Below, one piece after another: positions 36,804 through 45,274 of a DNA stretch of 64,000 bases (positions within the stretch are counted from its first letter, which is position 1; each line of letters starts with the position of its first letter). The translations under genes were made by a program, and so were the position numbers. The notes beneath the pieces are model-generated. The model saw only the letters and a program-made list of their open reading frames with translations. It was not told where the DNA came from and did not search any database. The stretch spans positions 1 through 64,000 of IMG/VR virus record IMGVR_UViG_3300015214_000029; one strand, 5' to 3'. Origin of the DNA: a virus. Lineage: Duplodnaviria > Caudoviricetes.

Positions 36804-37156
36804 GACTTCAGGTGCGACAATAAAAAGTCGATGATACCGGGACACTGGCTGCGGACCGCAGCCCTGACCCCCGCCTCAGTGAGTTCGATTAAGAAATCCC
36901 GCGTGCGCCACGTACCGCTAACCTTAACAAATCCACGAGCTTCCAAAGATTTAACACTGATCTCGTGTAAAGTACGACCGTCTTCCAGTACATAACCATA
37001 CAGCCCGTCCTTGAAAGGACGAAACGGCTCCGGGTAGCACCGGGTAATCTCATTCAGCAGGCTGTACCAACTCCGTGCCTTAACGATCTCCACCTTCAAA
37101 CTCCGGATAAACCTCGGTCGTCTTATTATAGAAGCAGATCCAACCACTCCCTTCAA
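36800..37156 (-). CDS. Hypothetical protein (start uncertain, possibly GTG 37093)
   Basis: Fills the gap between neighbours; ATGA overlap at the 3' end. Confidence 0.4.
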   Translation of the reverse strand: MKGVVGSASIIRRPRFIRSLKVEIVKARSWYSLLNEITRCYPEPFRPFKDGLYGYVLEDGRTLHEISVKSLEARGFVKVSGTWRTRDFLIELTEAGVRAAVRSQCPGIIDFLLSHLKS

Positions 37157-37742
37157 TCAGGCAGTCACAGACCCGACCTTCCTGGCTGTGGTAGTTCAGG
37201 TAGCCCGGGCACTGACCGTCCTCACCCTGCTGGTAGGCTTCCACCAAATCCTTATAGGGCTCCAGGCTGATGGCCCGCCCGCAGGTGTCCACCCTGCCAG
37301 TCTCACTGTAAACACAGGGCGGGAACTGCCCGGGCCGGGTCACTACCGCTTCAACCGTTGTATCGCCCCCGTACTCAACTGCCAGCCGCTCGAAGACGGT
37401 GTCCAACACACTGAGCCCAGCACTGTACTCCGCCTCACCGCCCATGCCGAAGATCTCAGCTTCCAGCAAACGGGCCAGCAGGTCCACTTCAGCATCACTC
37501 AGGTACACCCGCAACTCCGGCGTCGCCGTTGGCGTCGGGGGTGTAGTTGGCGTCGCCGTTGGCGTCGGGGGTGTAGTTGGCGTCGCTGTCGGGACCGGTG
37601 CTGCCTCTGTTGGTAGCTGCGTGGGTCGCCGGTCCAGCGGCAAGGGTGTCTCCGCCGAGTCTACCGGGACAAAGACCAGCAGGTTTACTGACAGGATCAG
37701 AATTAGAGCAAAGATGGTATAAATAATTGGACTAGAGCGCAC
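37080..37742 (-). CDS. Secreted or membrane-anchored SleB-like (Hydrolase_2) cell wall hydrolase
   Basis: N-terminal hydrophobic segment, Pro/Thr linker, 'DLLARLLEAE..G..V..R....TVEAVVTRPGQF'. Confidence 0.65.
   Translation of the reverse strand: MRSSPIIYTIFALILILSVNLLVFVPVDSAETPLPLDRRPTQLPTEAAPVPTATPTTPPTPTATPTTPPTPTATPELRVYLSDAEVDLLARLLEAEIFGMGGEAEYSAGLSVLDTVFERLAVEYGGDTTVEAVVTRPGQFPPCVYSETGRVDTCGRAISLEPYKDLVEAYQQGEDGQCPGYLNYHSQEGRVCDCLIEGSGWICFYNKTTEVYPEFEGGDR
37519..37586. repeat. 30-bp tandem repeat encoding a PTATPTTPPT linker
   Basis: GGCGTCGCCGTTGGCGTCGGGGGTGTAGTT x2 plus a partial copy. Confidence 0.9.
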
Positions 37743-37744
37743 GA

Positions 37745-37981
37745 TTACCCCCAGTGAGCTTGATGTTTGTGCCGGTAACAGTAGGCATACCCGCCGACCA
37801 CTGCTCCGGTCTTAATATCTACTACCTCTGGACAGAACGCTGTTTGTCCCCAGGGTTGATAACTACAGGTCACCTCTCCCCGGCGAATGTGACTCTTCAA
37901 ATGACTGGCCCAGCCCAGTCCGTTTGATGTGACTAGCTTCCCACAATAATGACACCTGCGTTTACCATAAGTTCTGCCCAT
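37745..37981 (-). CDS. Small zinc-finger protein
   Basis: CHYC...H..H. Confidence 0.5.
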   Translation of the reverse strand: MGRTYGKRRCHYCGKLVTSNGLGWASHLKSHIRRGEVTCSYQPWGQTAFCPEVVDIKTGAVVGGYAYCYRHKHQAHWG

Positions 37982-38331
37982 CAGCCCACCACCATAAACC
38001 TCAGTAACTCAACCCCGAACCGGTACAGGAACTCCGGGATCGGGCGGGGGACGGCTCCCCTCAGCAGCAGCCAGAACACGATGTCTGGGTGTGGCCTATA
38101 GAGTTCATTCCCCCGCCCGCTAGTGCGGAGCCTGTGGCGCTCGAAGCGGTACTTGGCTTCCTCTTCAAGCTCCCTGCCCCTGTCCGGGAAGACCCTGAGC
38201 AGGTACGTGTGCGGGTTGCTGGTCATATATGTATTCAGTCGGTTTTCTACATCGACAGCAAGCCCGAACTTGAAATACCCGCCCACCTGGATCACATACC
38301 CATCTGGGTTCTTACGCCTGCCCCGCCTCAT
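37981..38331 (-). CDS. T5orf172/GIY-YIG-like protein
   Basis: 'GYVIQ..YFKFGLAVDVENRL..Y.TSNP..E...HRL..ELY'. Confidence 0.7.
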   Translation of the reverse strand: MRRGRRKNPDGYVIQVGGYFKFGLAVDVENRLNTYMTSNPHTYLLRVFPDRGRELEEEAKYRFERHRLRTSGRGNELYRPHPDIVFWLLLRGAVPRPIPEFLYRFGVELLRFMVVG

Positions 38332-38447
38332 GACACGTAAACGACGCTCGGCTTTGGACTCGCCAAAACCAGGCGTCGCTTTTTCTCTCCCAGGAAGTCG
38401 ATGTTCACGGTTACTTGTAGTGGTAATGGCTATTCGGTTGTCACGAG

Positions 38448-38520
38448 CACGTCCGGTAGGAGTCGAACCTACAGTCCCCGCTTTTGGAGAGCGGTGCGTT
38501 GCCTGTTACGCTACGGACGT
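38448..38520 (-). tRNA. trnW: tRNA-Trp (CCA)
   Basis: ACGTCCG/CGGACGT acceptor stem, CCGCT-CTCCAAA-AGCGG anticodon arm, GTAGG-TTCGACT-CCTAC T arm; CCA end not encoded. Confidence 0.92.
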
Positions 38521-38643
38521 ATAAGCCCGAGAGCGGGCTGATGGCACGGGCTGACTCTCAGGTATTCCCGCTTTAGGTCTTTCCCCGCCAGAGGAGCCGT
38601 CACCCTGCACCCCTGACTTCGCAGTTATCTCTTCTCAATTATC

Positions 38644-38672
38644 AGTATAAGGCATTTTTCGCAGGGTGTCAA
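38644..38672 (-). promoter_or_regulatory. Sigma70-type promoter upstream of the tRNA
   Basis: TTGACA-17 bp-TATACT. Confidence 0.8.
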
Positions 38673-38702
38673 GCAAGTCATTAAGACTGCTCAGTTGGAA
38701 TC

Positions 38703-39230
38703 CTAGTGACTCGTCTGCTGCAACCGCTGGCGTATGACCGGCTCCTGGTAGAACTGCCAGAACTCGGGGGCCACTTCATACCGGCGCGGGATCTCATAGA
38801 TGATGTCTGTGCCCCGGGTGCCCGCCCAGGTCCGGTCCAACTGGGAGCGCATTGGCAGGGTATCCAGCCAGCCCTCGACGCGCCGCATCCCGTAACGGGC
38901 AACTGCTATCCAGTAGCAGGTGGTGGTGTCGGGGGGCTGGGGCTGGTGTTCCTCGGGCAGCAGCAGGAAACAATTTACCCCACAGAAAATACGCCAGTGC
39001 CACTCTACGCTTGCTGGGACCCTTGCCCTGGATAAAATGCCCTCGTGCATCTCTACGGCCTGTAGTGGGCGAAAGCTGAGGTCAGACAAGCCCCGGCGCT
39101 CTTCGTACAGCTTACCCTTCAGCCAGGCCCGCCACGAGGGGACCTCGGCGTTGGTTAAGGTTTCCTGCCCCTGACTCTCAAAGAGAGCCGGGTCATACAT
39201 GATGAGCAAGTCTAGCTCGGTAACCATCAT
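38703..39230 (-). CDS. Hypothetical protein, possibly degenerate HNH-like nuclease
   Basis: 'EMHE...R...NCFLL..EEH' H-N-H spacing. Confidence 0.4.
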   Translation of the reverse strand: MMVTELDLLIMYDPALFESQGQETLTNAEVPSWRAWLKGKLYEERRGLSDLSFRPLQAVEMHEGILSRARVPASVEWHWRIFCGVNCFLLLPEEHQPQPPDTTTCYWIAVARYGMRRVEGWLDTLPMRSQLDRTWAGTRGTDIIYEIPRRYEVAPEFWQFYQEPVIRQRLQQTSH

Positions 39231-39546
39231 CCAGACTCTTTCCGTCCCCGGGCTCCCAGCCAAACGCCTGGACTACCAACTGCCCGGGCGTCGTAACACA
39301 GTAAACCGGGAAGCCCGCCCACTGCTCAAAGAACTGCTGCTCGTCTTCAGTCAGTTTCCCGCCCTCATCCTTGATCTCCACTAGGACGATAAAAGGTTCC
39401 CAGAGGTCGCGGCGCATTCCACCAACCACGACATCCGGGAACCCCTGGCCTAGCGTGTGTGTGAGGGCGACCAGAAAGCCTACCTCACGCAGCGTTTCAA
39501 CCAGTGCCTTCTGATTGCGGTCCGTCTTCCTGCGGTATTTCGTCAT
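39193..39546 (-). CDS. VRR-NUC / PD-(D/E)xK nuclease
   Basis: 'RKTDRNQ', 'GFPDVVVG', 'VEIKD..GKLTEDE'. Confidence 0.8.
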   Translation of the reverse strand: MTKYRRKTDRNQKALVETLREVGFLVALTHTLGQGFPDVVVGGMRRDLWEPFIVLVEIKDEGGKLTEDEQQFFEQWAGFPVYCVTTPGQLVVQAFGWEPGDGKSLDDGYRARLAHHV

Positions 39547-39748
39547 CGGGTCCCAGCCTGGAGTGAAGTCGCAGGGCTGCGGCGTTGTCACCATCCCACC
39601 AGATACTATCCTCGCGCCGCAACGCGCCGGATTCGATCTGCTCGGACTGGAGCACTGCCGCCTGCCCTGTCAAGTTGTAGTAGCCGGTTAGGTCCCGGCG
39701 CTGATGCGCCGCTAGAGCCGCCTCGTTCAGTTCGTTCAGCGTCTTCAT
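39497..39748 (-). CDS. Hypothetical protein
   Basis: Start at MKTL with GGAG RBS. Confidence 0.4.
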   Translation of the reverse strand: MKTLNELNEAALAAHQRRDLTGYYNLTGQAAVLQSEQIESGALRREDSIWWDGDNAAALRLHSRLGPDDEIPQEDGPQSEGTG

Positions 39749-39776
39749 GGTATATCGACTCTCCCTGTTCCTAAAA

Positions 39777-40703
39777 TCAAAGTTCCATCGCATCCGCCAC
39801 CAGGGGCGCATCCAGGCTGGTGTCCAGGTACCGCTCCGTCACCGCCATCGAGGTGTGCCCCAGCATGAACTGGGCCTGCTTCATGTCGTCGGTGCGGTTG
39901 TAGAGCAGTGTTGCTGCCGAGCGGCGCAGGTCGTGAACCGAAATCTGGGGCAGACCTGCCGCCCCCGCCCGCTTCTTGACCACCCGCCACAGCCCATTAG
40001 TCGTGATCTGCCCGTTCCACTCATCCGAGGGGGTCAGTGAGACGAAGATGCGCTCACTGTCCCCTGCCGGGCGCAGGGCGTGCCATGTCTCAAGCAGTGC
40101 AACAGCATAGCTGGCAACCGGTACTGTGCGTACCCGGTGGTGCTTACCCTGGATGTCCTCAAACTGGGCGACGATCTTGCCCCCCATCTCCCGTTTGCGG
40201 AACTGGCCCCAGACCAGTTCCGCAACCTCAAAGACGCGCAACCCACAAGCCAGGAAGACTGCCAGGATCGCCCGGTCGCGCACCACCAGCCGCTCATCCT
40301 CGCCCTCTTCAACCGGGAAGTTAAGCAACTGCCGCATCCCTGCGGCATCCAGCCAGTTGCCCCGCTTCTGCCCGCGCACCGGAATGCTCTCGACACTCTC
40401 TGCTTTACTCGCCAGGTCTGCCGGGATCAGGCCCTCTCGCGCAGCTACCCGGAAGAACTTGCGGATAGCCGACAGCTTCTTGTTGATGGTAGCAGGCTTG
40501 TAGCCCCGCTCGCGCAGCGACCGCTTGTACGCGCCCACTGCCTGTGCCGGGGACTGAACCCCCTGCCCCGCCGAGTGTGCCAGGAACTTACGGATCTCAT
40601 CCTCGTACACCTGAGCCGTCTTCTCAGAGTTGGTCTCAGCGACCACCATCTGGATGACTGACTCAACCTGGTCATTGAACTGGGTCTTAACTATCAGGGA
40701 CAT
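39777..40703 (-). CDS. Tyrosine recombinase, Xer/Cre-type (no arm-binding domain)
   Basis: 308 aa; 'RDRAILAV..GLR..E', 'GK', 'HDLRRS', 'LGH', 'TERY' give the full R-K-H-R-H-Y set. Confidence 0.92.
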   Translation of the reverse strand: MSLIVKTQFNDQVESVIQMVVAETNSEKTAQVYEDEIRKFLAHSAGQGVQSPAQAVGAYKRSLRERGYKPATINKKLSAIRKFFRVAAREGLIPADLASKAESVESIPVRGQKRGNWLDAAGMRQLLNFPVEEGEDERLVVRDRAILAVFLACGLRVFEVAELVWGQFRKREMGGKIVAQFEDIQGKHHRVRTVPVASYAVALLETWHALRPAGDSERIFVSLTPSDEWNGQITTNGLWRVVKKRAGAAGLPQISVHDLRRSAATLLYNRTDDMKQAQFMLGHTSMAVTERYLDTSLDAPLVADAMEL

Positions 40704-40727
40704 CCTAGACTCCTTTGTCTATGCCTC

Positions 40728-40846
40728 TCTACTTCTCAGTATATTCTATTGCCTTTTCCTTGTCAAGAGGTTTCGACAAGAATCGTCAAGACCCGGGCCA
40801 CACACCCCGGGTCCCGACTTCAAGGAGTCTAGTATGAGTGTGTTGG
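40728..40846. repeat. 119-bp direct repeat, copy 1 (promoter + palindrome + AGGAGTCTAGTATG)
   Basis: Aligns end to end with 42466-42584; leftward TTGACA-17-TATACT at 40766-40738; 13-8-13 palindrome at 40785-40818. Confidence 0.92.
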
Positions 40847-40911
40847 ATAGTGTGGTGGTCTCTCTACATAGCTTGGCGTTCCAAACGTACCGGCAGAGTA
40901 AAGCATAATGT

Positions 40912-42444
40912 TCAGTCTGGCTTTTTCCATATCGTAATGCTTTTTCGCAAAGCTTCTCTCCCAAACCTCTTCATTTGCTGGCTGCTGTTGCCCTTACGAT
41001 TAGGAAGCACATACACTATTTGCGGTTCATAGCCGAGTTGTTCCGCCAAGTGGGTAGTCAACAAGTCAACGGGTATCACTTCGCCTCCGTATCGCACATT
41101 GTCATTTACGAAGGCAACATGGGCTCCGGGTTGACACGTGCGCAATACTTCCGCGAATACAAACGCCAGTTCAATGAAGTACCCCTCTACCATTGACAGA
41201 ATCCCCCGATTGTTGATCTCGCCCCTCTCCCAGCGAATCCTAAGTGCTTCGTTTACCTCTTGAAACACTGGGTTTGATAGTACTATGTCAAGGGTACGCT
41301 CGAAACGATCAGAGGCATCGATTGACGCATAGTAATCTCTCAGCTGTTCTACTTTCGAACGGTGTTCGACCGTGCATGACAGCTGACTCTGACGTAGTTC
41401 ACGAATCTCCTCTTCATCCACCTTCAGATAGGCAAGTTCAAGTGCATATGTCCGTGTGTAATCATACCTGTTACAGTAAGGTGGAGATGTAATTACTCCT
41501 GCGAACTGATTGGATTCTAGCGTAGGCAAGATTTGCAGAGCGCTTCCTTTGAAAAGGGTCGCTTGACCCTTCGTCCTTGACGCAAGCTGGAGTTCCTTCA
41601 CGTCATCAACAATGGTACTTAACGCGCGAATTAAGGCATCTTTGACAGTAGGCAGATCGCCCTTGTCCATTCCTTTGATGAGACGTTTTCCTTGCCAAGC
41701 ACGCTCTCGATTCCTCTGTCTCACCTTGTCCGATCTGCTGTCCCAACGCAGGTATTGACCATCTTTACGTGTAAAACTGACTTCTTCGAGAATACTGGTC
41801 AGGACAAGTCGTAATAGCACTTTCGCTTCTACGGAAACGTCAAGTAGATCGAACCACTCAGTATAGAACATCAAATCGTTTTCAGTCGTATCGGGAAACG
41901 CACTGTCAGTGATTGCAAGATGCGGAAACCTGTGACGAGCAGGTCCCGGTTCAGTTTCTTCGATGAGCTCTAAGATCCTTTCCAGTTCGTCCGTATCATA
42001 TTCGAACGCATGTGACTTGGCCTCCCATGCTAGATGACAGACAGGGAGAATTTCGATGCCGACTGCATTGATCCCATTTGCTATTGCGACCAGTAAAGTA
42101 GTTGCGGATCCACTAAATGGCTCAAGTAGTGTTTGACCTGGCTGAATGCCGAATTTATTAATCAATGACTGGACAAGTTCTGCGGAAAAGCCCTCACGGT
42201 ACTTGATCCAGCTATGAACCATTTCTCCTTTGTTGCCTTGATAGCTGACAAGCTGTCGATTGAACTCGTCAGTCTCTTCAAGTAACATCATATACTGTCG
42301 CTCTAGTTGACGACGGGCATTCTGAGGGCAGACATCCTCGTGAGAAAAGGTTGTGCGCACCAAGTCTTTTCGATTGGTATTCAAATCGTTTGAATTCAGC
42401 GGTAAAGGCAGTTGCTTCACTCTAATTCCCCTAAATTGTGTCAT
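40912..42444 (-). CDS. N4-cytosine DNA methyltransferase, M.AvaI/M.BsoBI-like
   Basis: 'LEPFSGS', 'RKDGQYLRWD', 'ITSPPYCNRYDYTRTYALELA', 'VNDNVRY', 'KGNSSQQM' match my recollection of M.AvaI; visibly AT-richer than its neighbours. Confidence 0.85.
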   Translation of the reverse strand: MTQFRGIRVKQLPLPLNSNDLNTNRKDLVRTTFSHEDVCPQNARRQLERQYMMLLEETDEFNRQLVSYQGNKGEMVHSWIKYREGFSAELVQSLINKFGIQPGQTLLEPFSGSATTLLVAIANGINAVGIEILPVCHLAWEAKSHAFEYDTDELERILELIEETEPGPARHRFPHLAITDSAFPDTTENDLMFYTEWFDLLDVSVEAKVLLRLVLTSILEEVSFTRKDGQYLRWDSRSDKVRQRNRERAWQGKRLIKGMDKGDLPTVKDALIRALSTIVDDVKELQLASRTKGQATLFKGSALQILPTLESNQFAGVITSPPYCNRYDYTRTYALELAYLKVDEEEIRELRQSQLSCTVEHRSKVEQLRDYYASIDASDRFERTLDIVLSNPVFQEVNEALRIRWERGEINNRGILSMVEGYFIELAFVFAEVLRTCQPGAHVAFVNDNVRYGGEVIPVDLLTTHLAEQLGYEPQIVYVLPNRKGNSSQQMKRFGREALRKSITIWKKPD

Positions 42445-42465
42445 TCTGGTCTAATCAGGTTCCGT

Positions 42466-42584
42466 TCTACTTCTCAGTGTATTCTTTTGCCTTTTCCTTG
42501 TCAAGAGGTTTCGACAAGAATCGTCAGGACCCGGGGTGTGCGGTCCGGGTCCTGACTTCAAGGAGTCTAGTATGAGTGTGTTGG
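42466..42584. repeat. 119-bp direct repeat, copy 2
   Basis: Leftward TTGACA-17-TACACT at 42504-42476; palindrome at 42523-42556. Confidence 0.92.
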
Positions 42585-42628
42585 GCGGGGCTGTGTCATT
42601 TCCCCTCACTCAATACCATGATACTCTG

Positions 42629-42937
42629 CTATCTCCCCGATGTCAAGTTTCTCAGCATCCTCTCCATGTCATCATGGCCCAGTACCCGCTCCAGGATCAG
42701 GGTTCCGCTGCTCAAGTATTGGTACAGAATGCGATACCCGTTAGGTCCCCGGTTTACATAGCCTATCCACAGGGACGAGTTCTTGACCCGGTGAGCCTTG
42801 AACGAGGGCAGCGCCGTGTTCGTCTGTGCCAGCAGCTTCACCTTACGATCTACCTGTTTTTGGACCTGCCGGGGCAGGTCCTTGTAGTCCTCAACGAACT
42901 GCCGCTTCTTGCGGACGGCGTTGACCGGTGTACTCAT
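42629..42937 (-). CDS. RelE/ParE-fold protein
   Basis: 'YKDLPRQVQKQV..KVKLL', 'GYRILY', 'LILERVLGHD'. Confidence 0.65.
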   Translation of the reverse strand: MSTPVNAVRKKRQFVEDYKDLPRQVQKQVDRKVKLLAQTNTALPSFKAHRVKNSSLWIGYVNRGPNGYRILYQYLSSGTLILERVLGHDDMERMLRNLTSGR

Positions 42938-43628
42938 AGGCCTGCTCCCATATGTATGTGCGCAATTCGTCAAGGTCCGCTACCCGGTCCTCGTCATGCG
43001 AGACGTGGGGAGCCCACAGATCCATCGGGTCATAGTAGTCCCAGTCCAGCCAGTCGAACGGGTAACGCTGTGGGTCGAGCTTGTCCCACAGGTACATGGC
43101 ATAAGCCGTCGCATCTGTCTTCTTGTTCCCGGTAAAGCTCGGGCGCTTACCCAGTACCCAGACCCGTGTCGGGGGGTGGTTGTGCCACAGACCCCTCATC
43201 CGGTCCTGTCCTTCCAGGAACCCGAGGCGCAGCAGGTACAAGACATGGCGACGACTCTGGCGCAACGCCTGGCGCAAAAACGCCTCAGCGAACTTGTAAG
43301 GTGGGTTACCCATAACAATGTCAAAGGACTGGTCCGGCAGCGTACTCTTGGTGTAGTCCTGGATCAGCCAGTCCCCGTAGAACGGGGGGCGCTCGGTAAG
43401 GTAGTATTCCAGCCCCGTAACCTGGGACTGGGGCCATCGCTTCCGGGCTGCAAAGCCCCAGACCCCCAGCCCCGCGCCGGGGTCCAGGATCTTCAGCACC
43501 CGGCTGTGCCCATCCAGGGCCCGGGTATCCACCTGCTCCAGCACAGCCTCAATCAGCCCGATTGGAGTCGGGTAGAAGTCCCGGGCATCCCGGGGGCGCA
43601 TCTTCTTCTCAGTCATGATGATCGGCAT
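42891..43628 (-). CDS. N6-adenine DNA methyltransferase (phage type)
   Basis: 'DFYPTP', 'ILDPGAGLG', 'MGNPPY'. Confidence 0.85.
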   Translation of the reverse strand: MPIIMTEKKMRPRDARDFYPTPIGLIEAVLEQVDTRALDGHSRVLKILDPGAGLGVWGFAARKRWPQSQVTGLEYYLTERPPFYGDWLIQDYTKSTLPDQSFDIVMGNPPYKFAEAFLRQALRQSRRHVLYLLRLGFLEGQDRMRGLWHNHPPTRVWVLGKRPSFTGNKKTDATAYAMYLWDKLDPQRYPFDWLDWDYYDPMDLWAPHVSHDEDRVADLDELRTYIWEQAYEYTGQRRPQEAAVR

Positions 43629-43629
43629 A

Positions 43630-44499
43630 CTAGACTCCTTCCTCTTCGTCGTCTACAAAGTAAACCAGGTTGAGATCCGACCGCTGCTTCATTGCCAGCA
43701 GGATCTTCTCATCCGTGCTCACGTTCAACATCCTCAGTATCCGGTTGATGCCCTGCTTAGCGAGGTCATCGTTGTCACTGAAGTAGAGTTCCCCGATGGG
43801 AGCAGACCTGCCGTTCTGCAAAACCACCAGCAGGGGTCCTTCCAGCCGGAAGCGCAGGTTATAGTCCGGCCCATCCCCTTCCGGGCTGTAGAGCGCCATG
43901 CGTAGCTGGCTGACCGTCGCCCCGGGGTCCATTGCCAGGGCCAACAGCTTGGGCTGGTTGTCCAGGTCCCTGCTGCGAGCCAGCGGGGTGAGTAGGACCA
44001 ACTTCGAGATGTCGGTCCGGGTCGGGTCCCAGCTTACCTCTCGCATGATCGGCCTGTTATCCTCACCCATGACTGGCTCTCCCCGCTCATCCCGCTCGGG
44101 AATCTTGATGGGGACGCCTGGCGTATAGTTGTCCTCGATGAAGACCTTAGCCGCCCGCATGTAGTTCTCGATGGTGTCGATAGACAACTCCCCGCCCGTT
44201 TCCTTGAGAGCAAACGTTTCAAACTGGAGCCCGTACTGCTTCCTGAAGTCCAGGTCCAGTTCGTTCCAGTTCTTCTTGAACAGCCAGAGCGTGTGCGCCT
44301 CGATAATCGAGACCCCCCGCTTGACCCCCACCGCCATACGCAGCAGACTCAGCATGTGCTGAGTCCACTGGGTACGGTTCTCTTCGGTTAGCTCGGGCAG
44401 CGATTTCAGGGTGCTGATAATGCGCTGCACCATTGCCGTCGCGCCCTCTGCCGAGAGGTTAGCAATGTTCAACCCACGAAACAGGTCCAAATCTGACAT
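43630..44499 (-). CDS. Hypothetical protein
   Basis: 289-aa ORF with AGGA RBS. Confidence 0.6.
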   Translation of the reverse strand: MSDLDLFRGLNIANLSAEGATAMVQRIISTLKSLPELTEENRTQWTQHMLSLLRMAVGVKRGVSIIEAHTLWLFKKNWNELDLDFRKQYGLQFETFALKETGGELSIDTIENYMRAAKVFIEDNYTPGVPIKIPERDERGEPVMGEDNRPIMREVSWDPTRTDISKLVLLTPLARSRDLDNQPKLLALAMDPGATVSQLRMALYSPEGDGPDYNLRFRLEGPLLVVLQNGRSAPIGELYFSDNDDLAKQGINRILRMLNVSTDEKILLAMKQRSDLNLVYFVDDEEEGV

Positions 44500-44530
44500 T
44501 TAGAAGTCCTCATGAGTAGTAGATGTTGGG

Positions 44531-45274
44531 TTAGTGTTGGATGATCTTGGCAATCATGACCAACCAATCCGGGGAATCCGGATCGCTCAGCATGATAATA
44601 TTGGGCCTTGTCTCGGGTACCGTGATACGAGTCCTCTCTCCCATCAACATCGCCAAGCGGCTGACGTAGTCTGAGTTCAAGGTCAGCGGCTCGGTGTGCG
44701 CCTGCTCGATGTCCCCCGCCAGGGGCACATACTCCACCTCACCCACTTCCGTCGCCTGAACCGTGCCCCACACATCCGACTCGGTAATGTGAACGCTGAT
44801 GAACCGCAGGTTGTTGGGCGGCATCCCCGGCATAACCCGGCTGATTTTGATCAGGGAGCGCAGCGCCTCACTCTCCACCGTCAACCCGACCATAATCGGG
44901 TCTCGGGCAGCGGTCTCTGCACTCTCTACCGGCAAGGGTGCCCGGGCCTGAACTGCCAGGCTCGCCTTGAACCCGTTGTCCCCCCGCAGGGACACACGCT
45001 TATTATACGACAAAGTCAGGGTTTCTGCCCTAGATGCTTTCACGAGTTGTGACAGCGGCTCTGACAGGTAGAACTCCCCATCCTCGTCACACTCCACCAC
45101 CTGGGGATAAGCCAGGACGAGTCCAATCGCCCCGGCTGGCCCCTCGATGCTGGCAGCGAGGCGCAGAAAACCATCCTTCACCACAAACCCAATGGCTGGA
45201 GCCGCCTCGGGCATCAGCCCGTTGATCTTATCCAGCCAGGGCCGCAGCGACCCGGTCTCGACGGTAATTTTCAT
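44531..45274 (-). CDS. Putative sliding clamp (beta-clamp-like)
   Basis: 'MKITV..L' start, beta/alpha repeat pattern, directly downstream of the polymerase. Confidence 0.4.
   Translation of the reverse strand: MKITVETGSLRPWLDKINGLMPEAAPAIGFVVKDGFLRLAASIEGPAGAIGLVLAYPQVVECDEDGEFYLSEPLSQLVKASRAETLTLSYNKRVSLRGDNGFKASLAVQARAPLPVESAETAARDPIMVGLTVESEALRSLIKISRVMPGMPPNNLRFISVHITESDVWGTVQATEVGEVEYVPLAGDIEQAHTEPLTLNSDYVSRLAMLMGERTRITVPETRPNIIMLSDPDSPDWLVMIAKIIQH

Noticed and set aside
37519-37586. 30-bp tandem repeat as a regulatory or contingency locus
   Set aside because: In-frame, encodes an ordinary Pro/Thr linker
38448-38520. Link between tRNA-Trp and the Trp codons added by IS insertions B and C
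   Set aside because: Two extra codons cannot plausibly select for a tRNA gene; treated as coincidence
40834-40908. 24-aa rightward ORF MSVLDS.. and its counterpart starting at 42572
   Set aside because: The two copies diverge after four codons and the second runs antisense through real genes; not called as CDS
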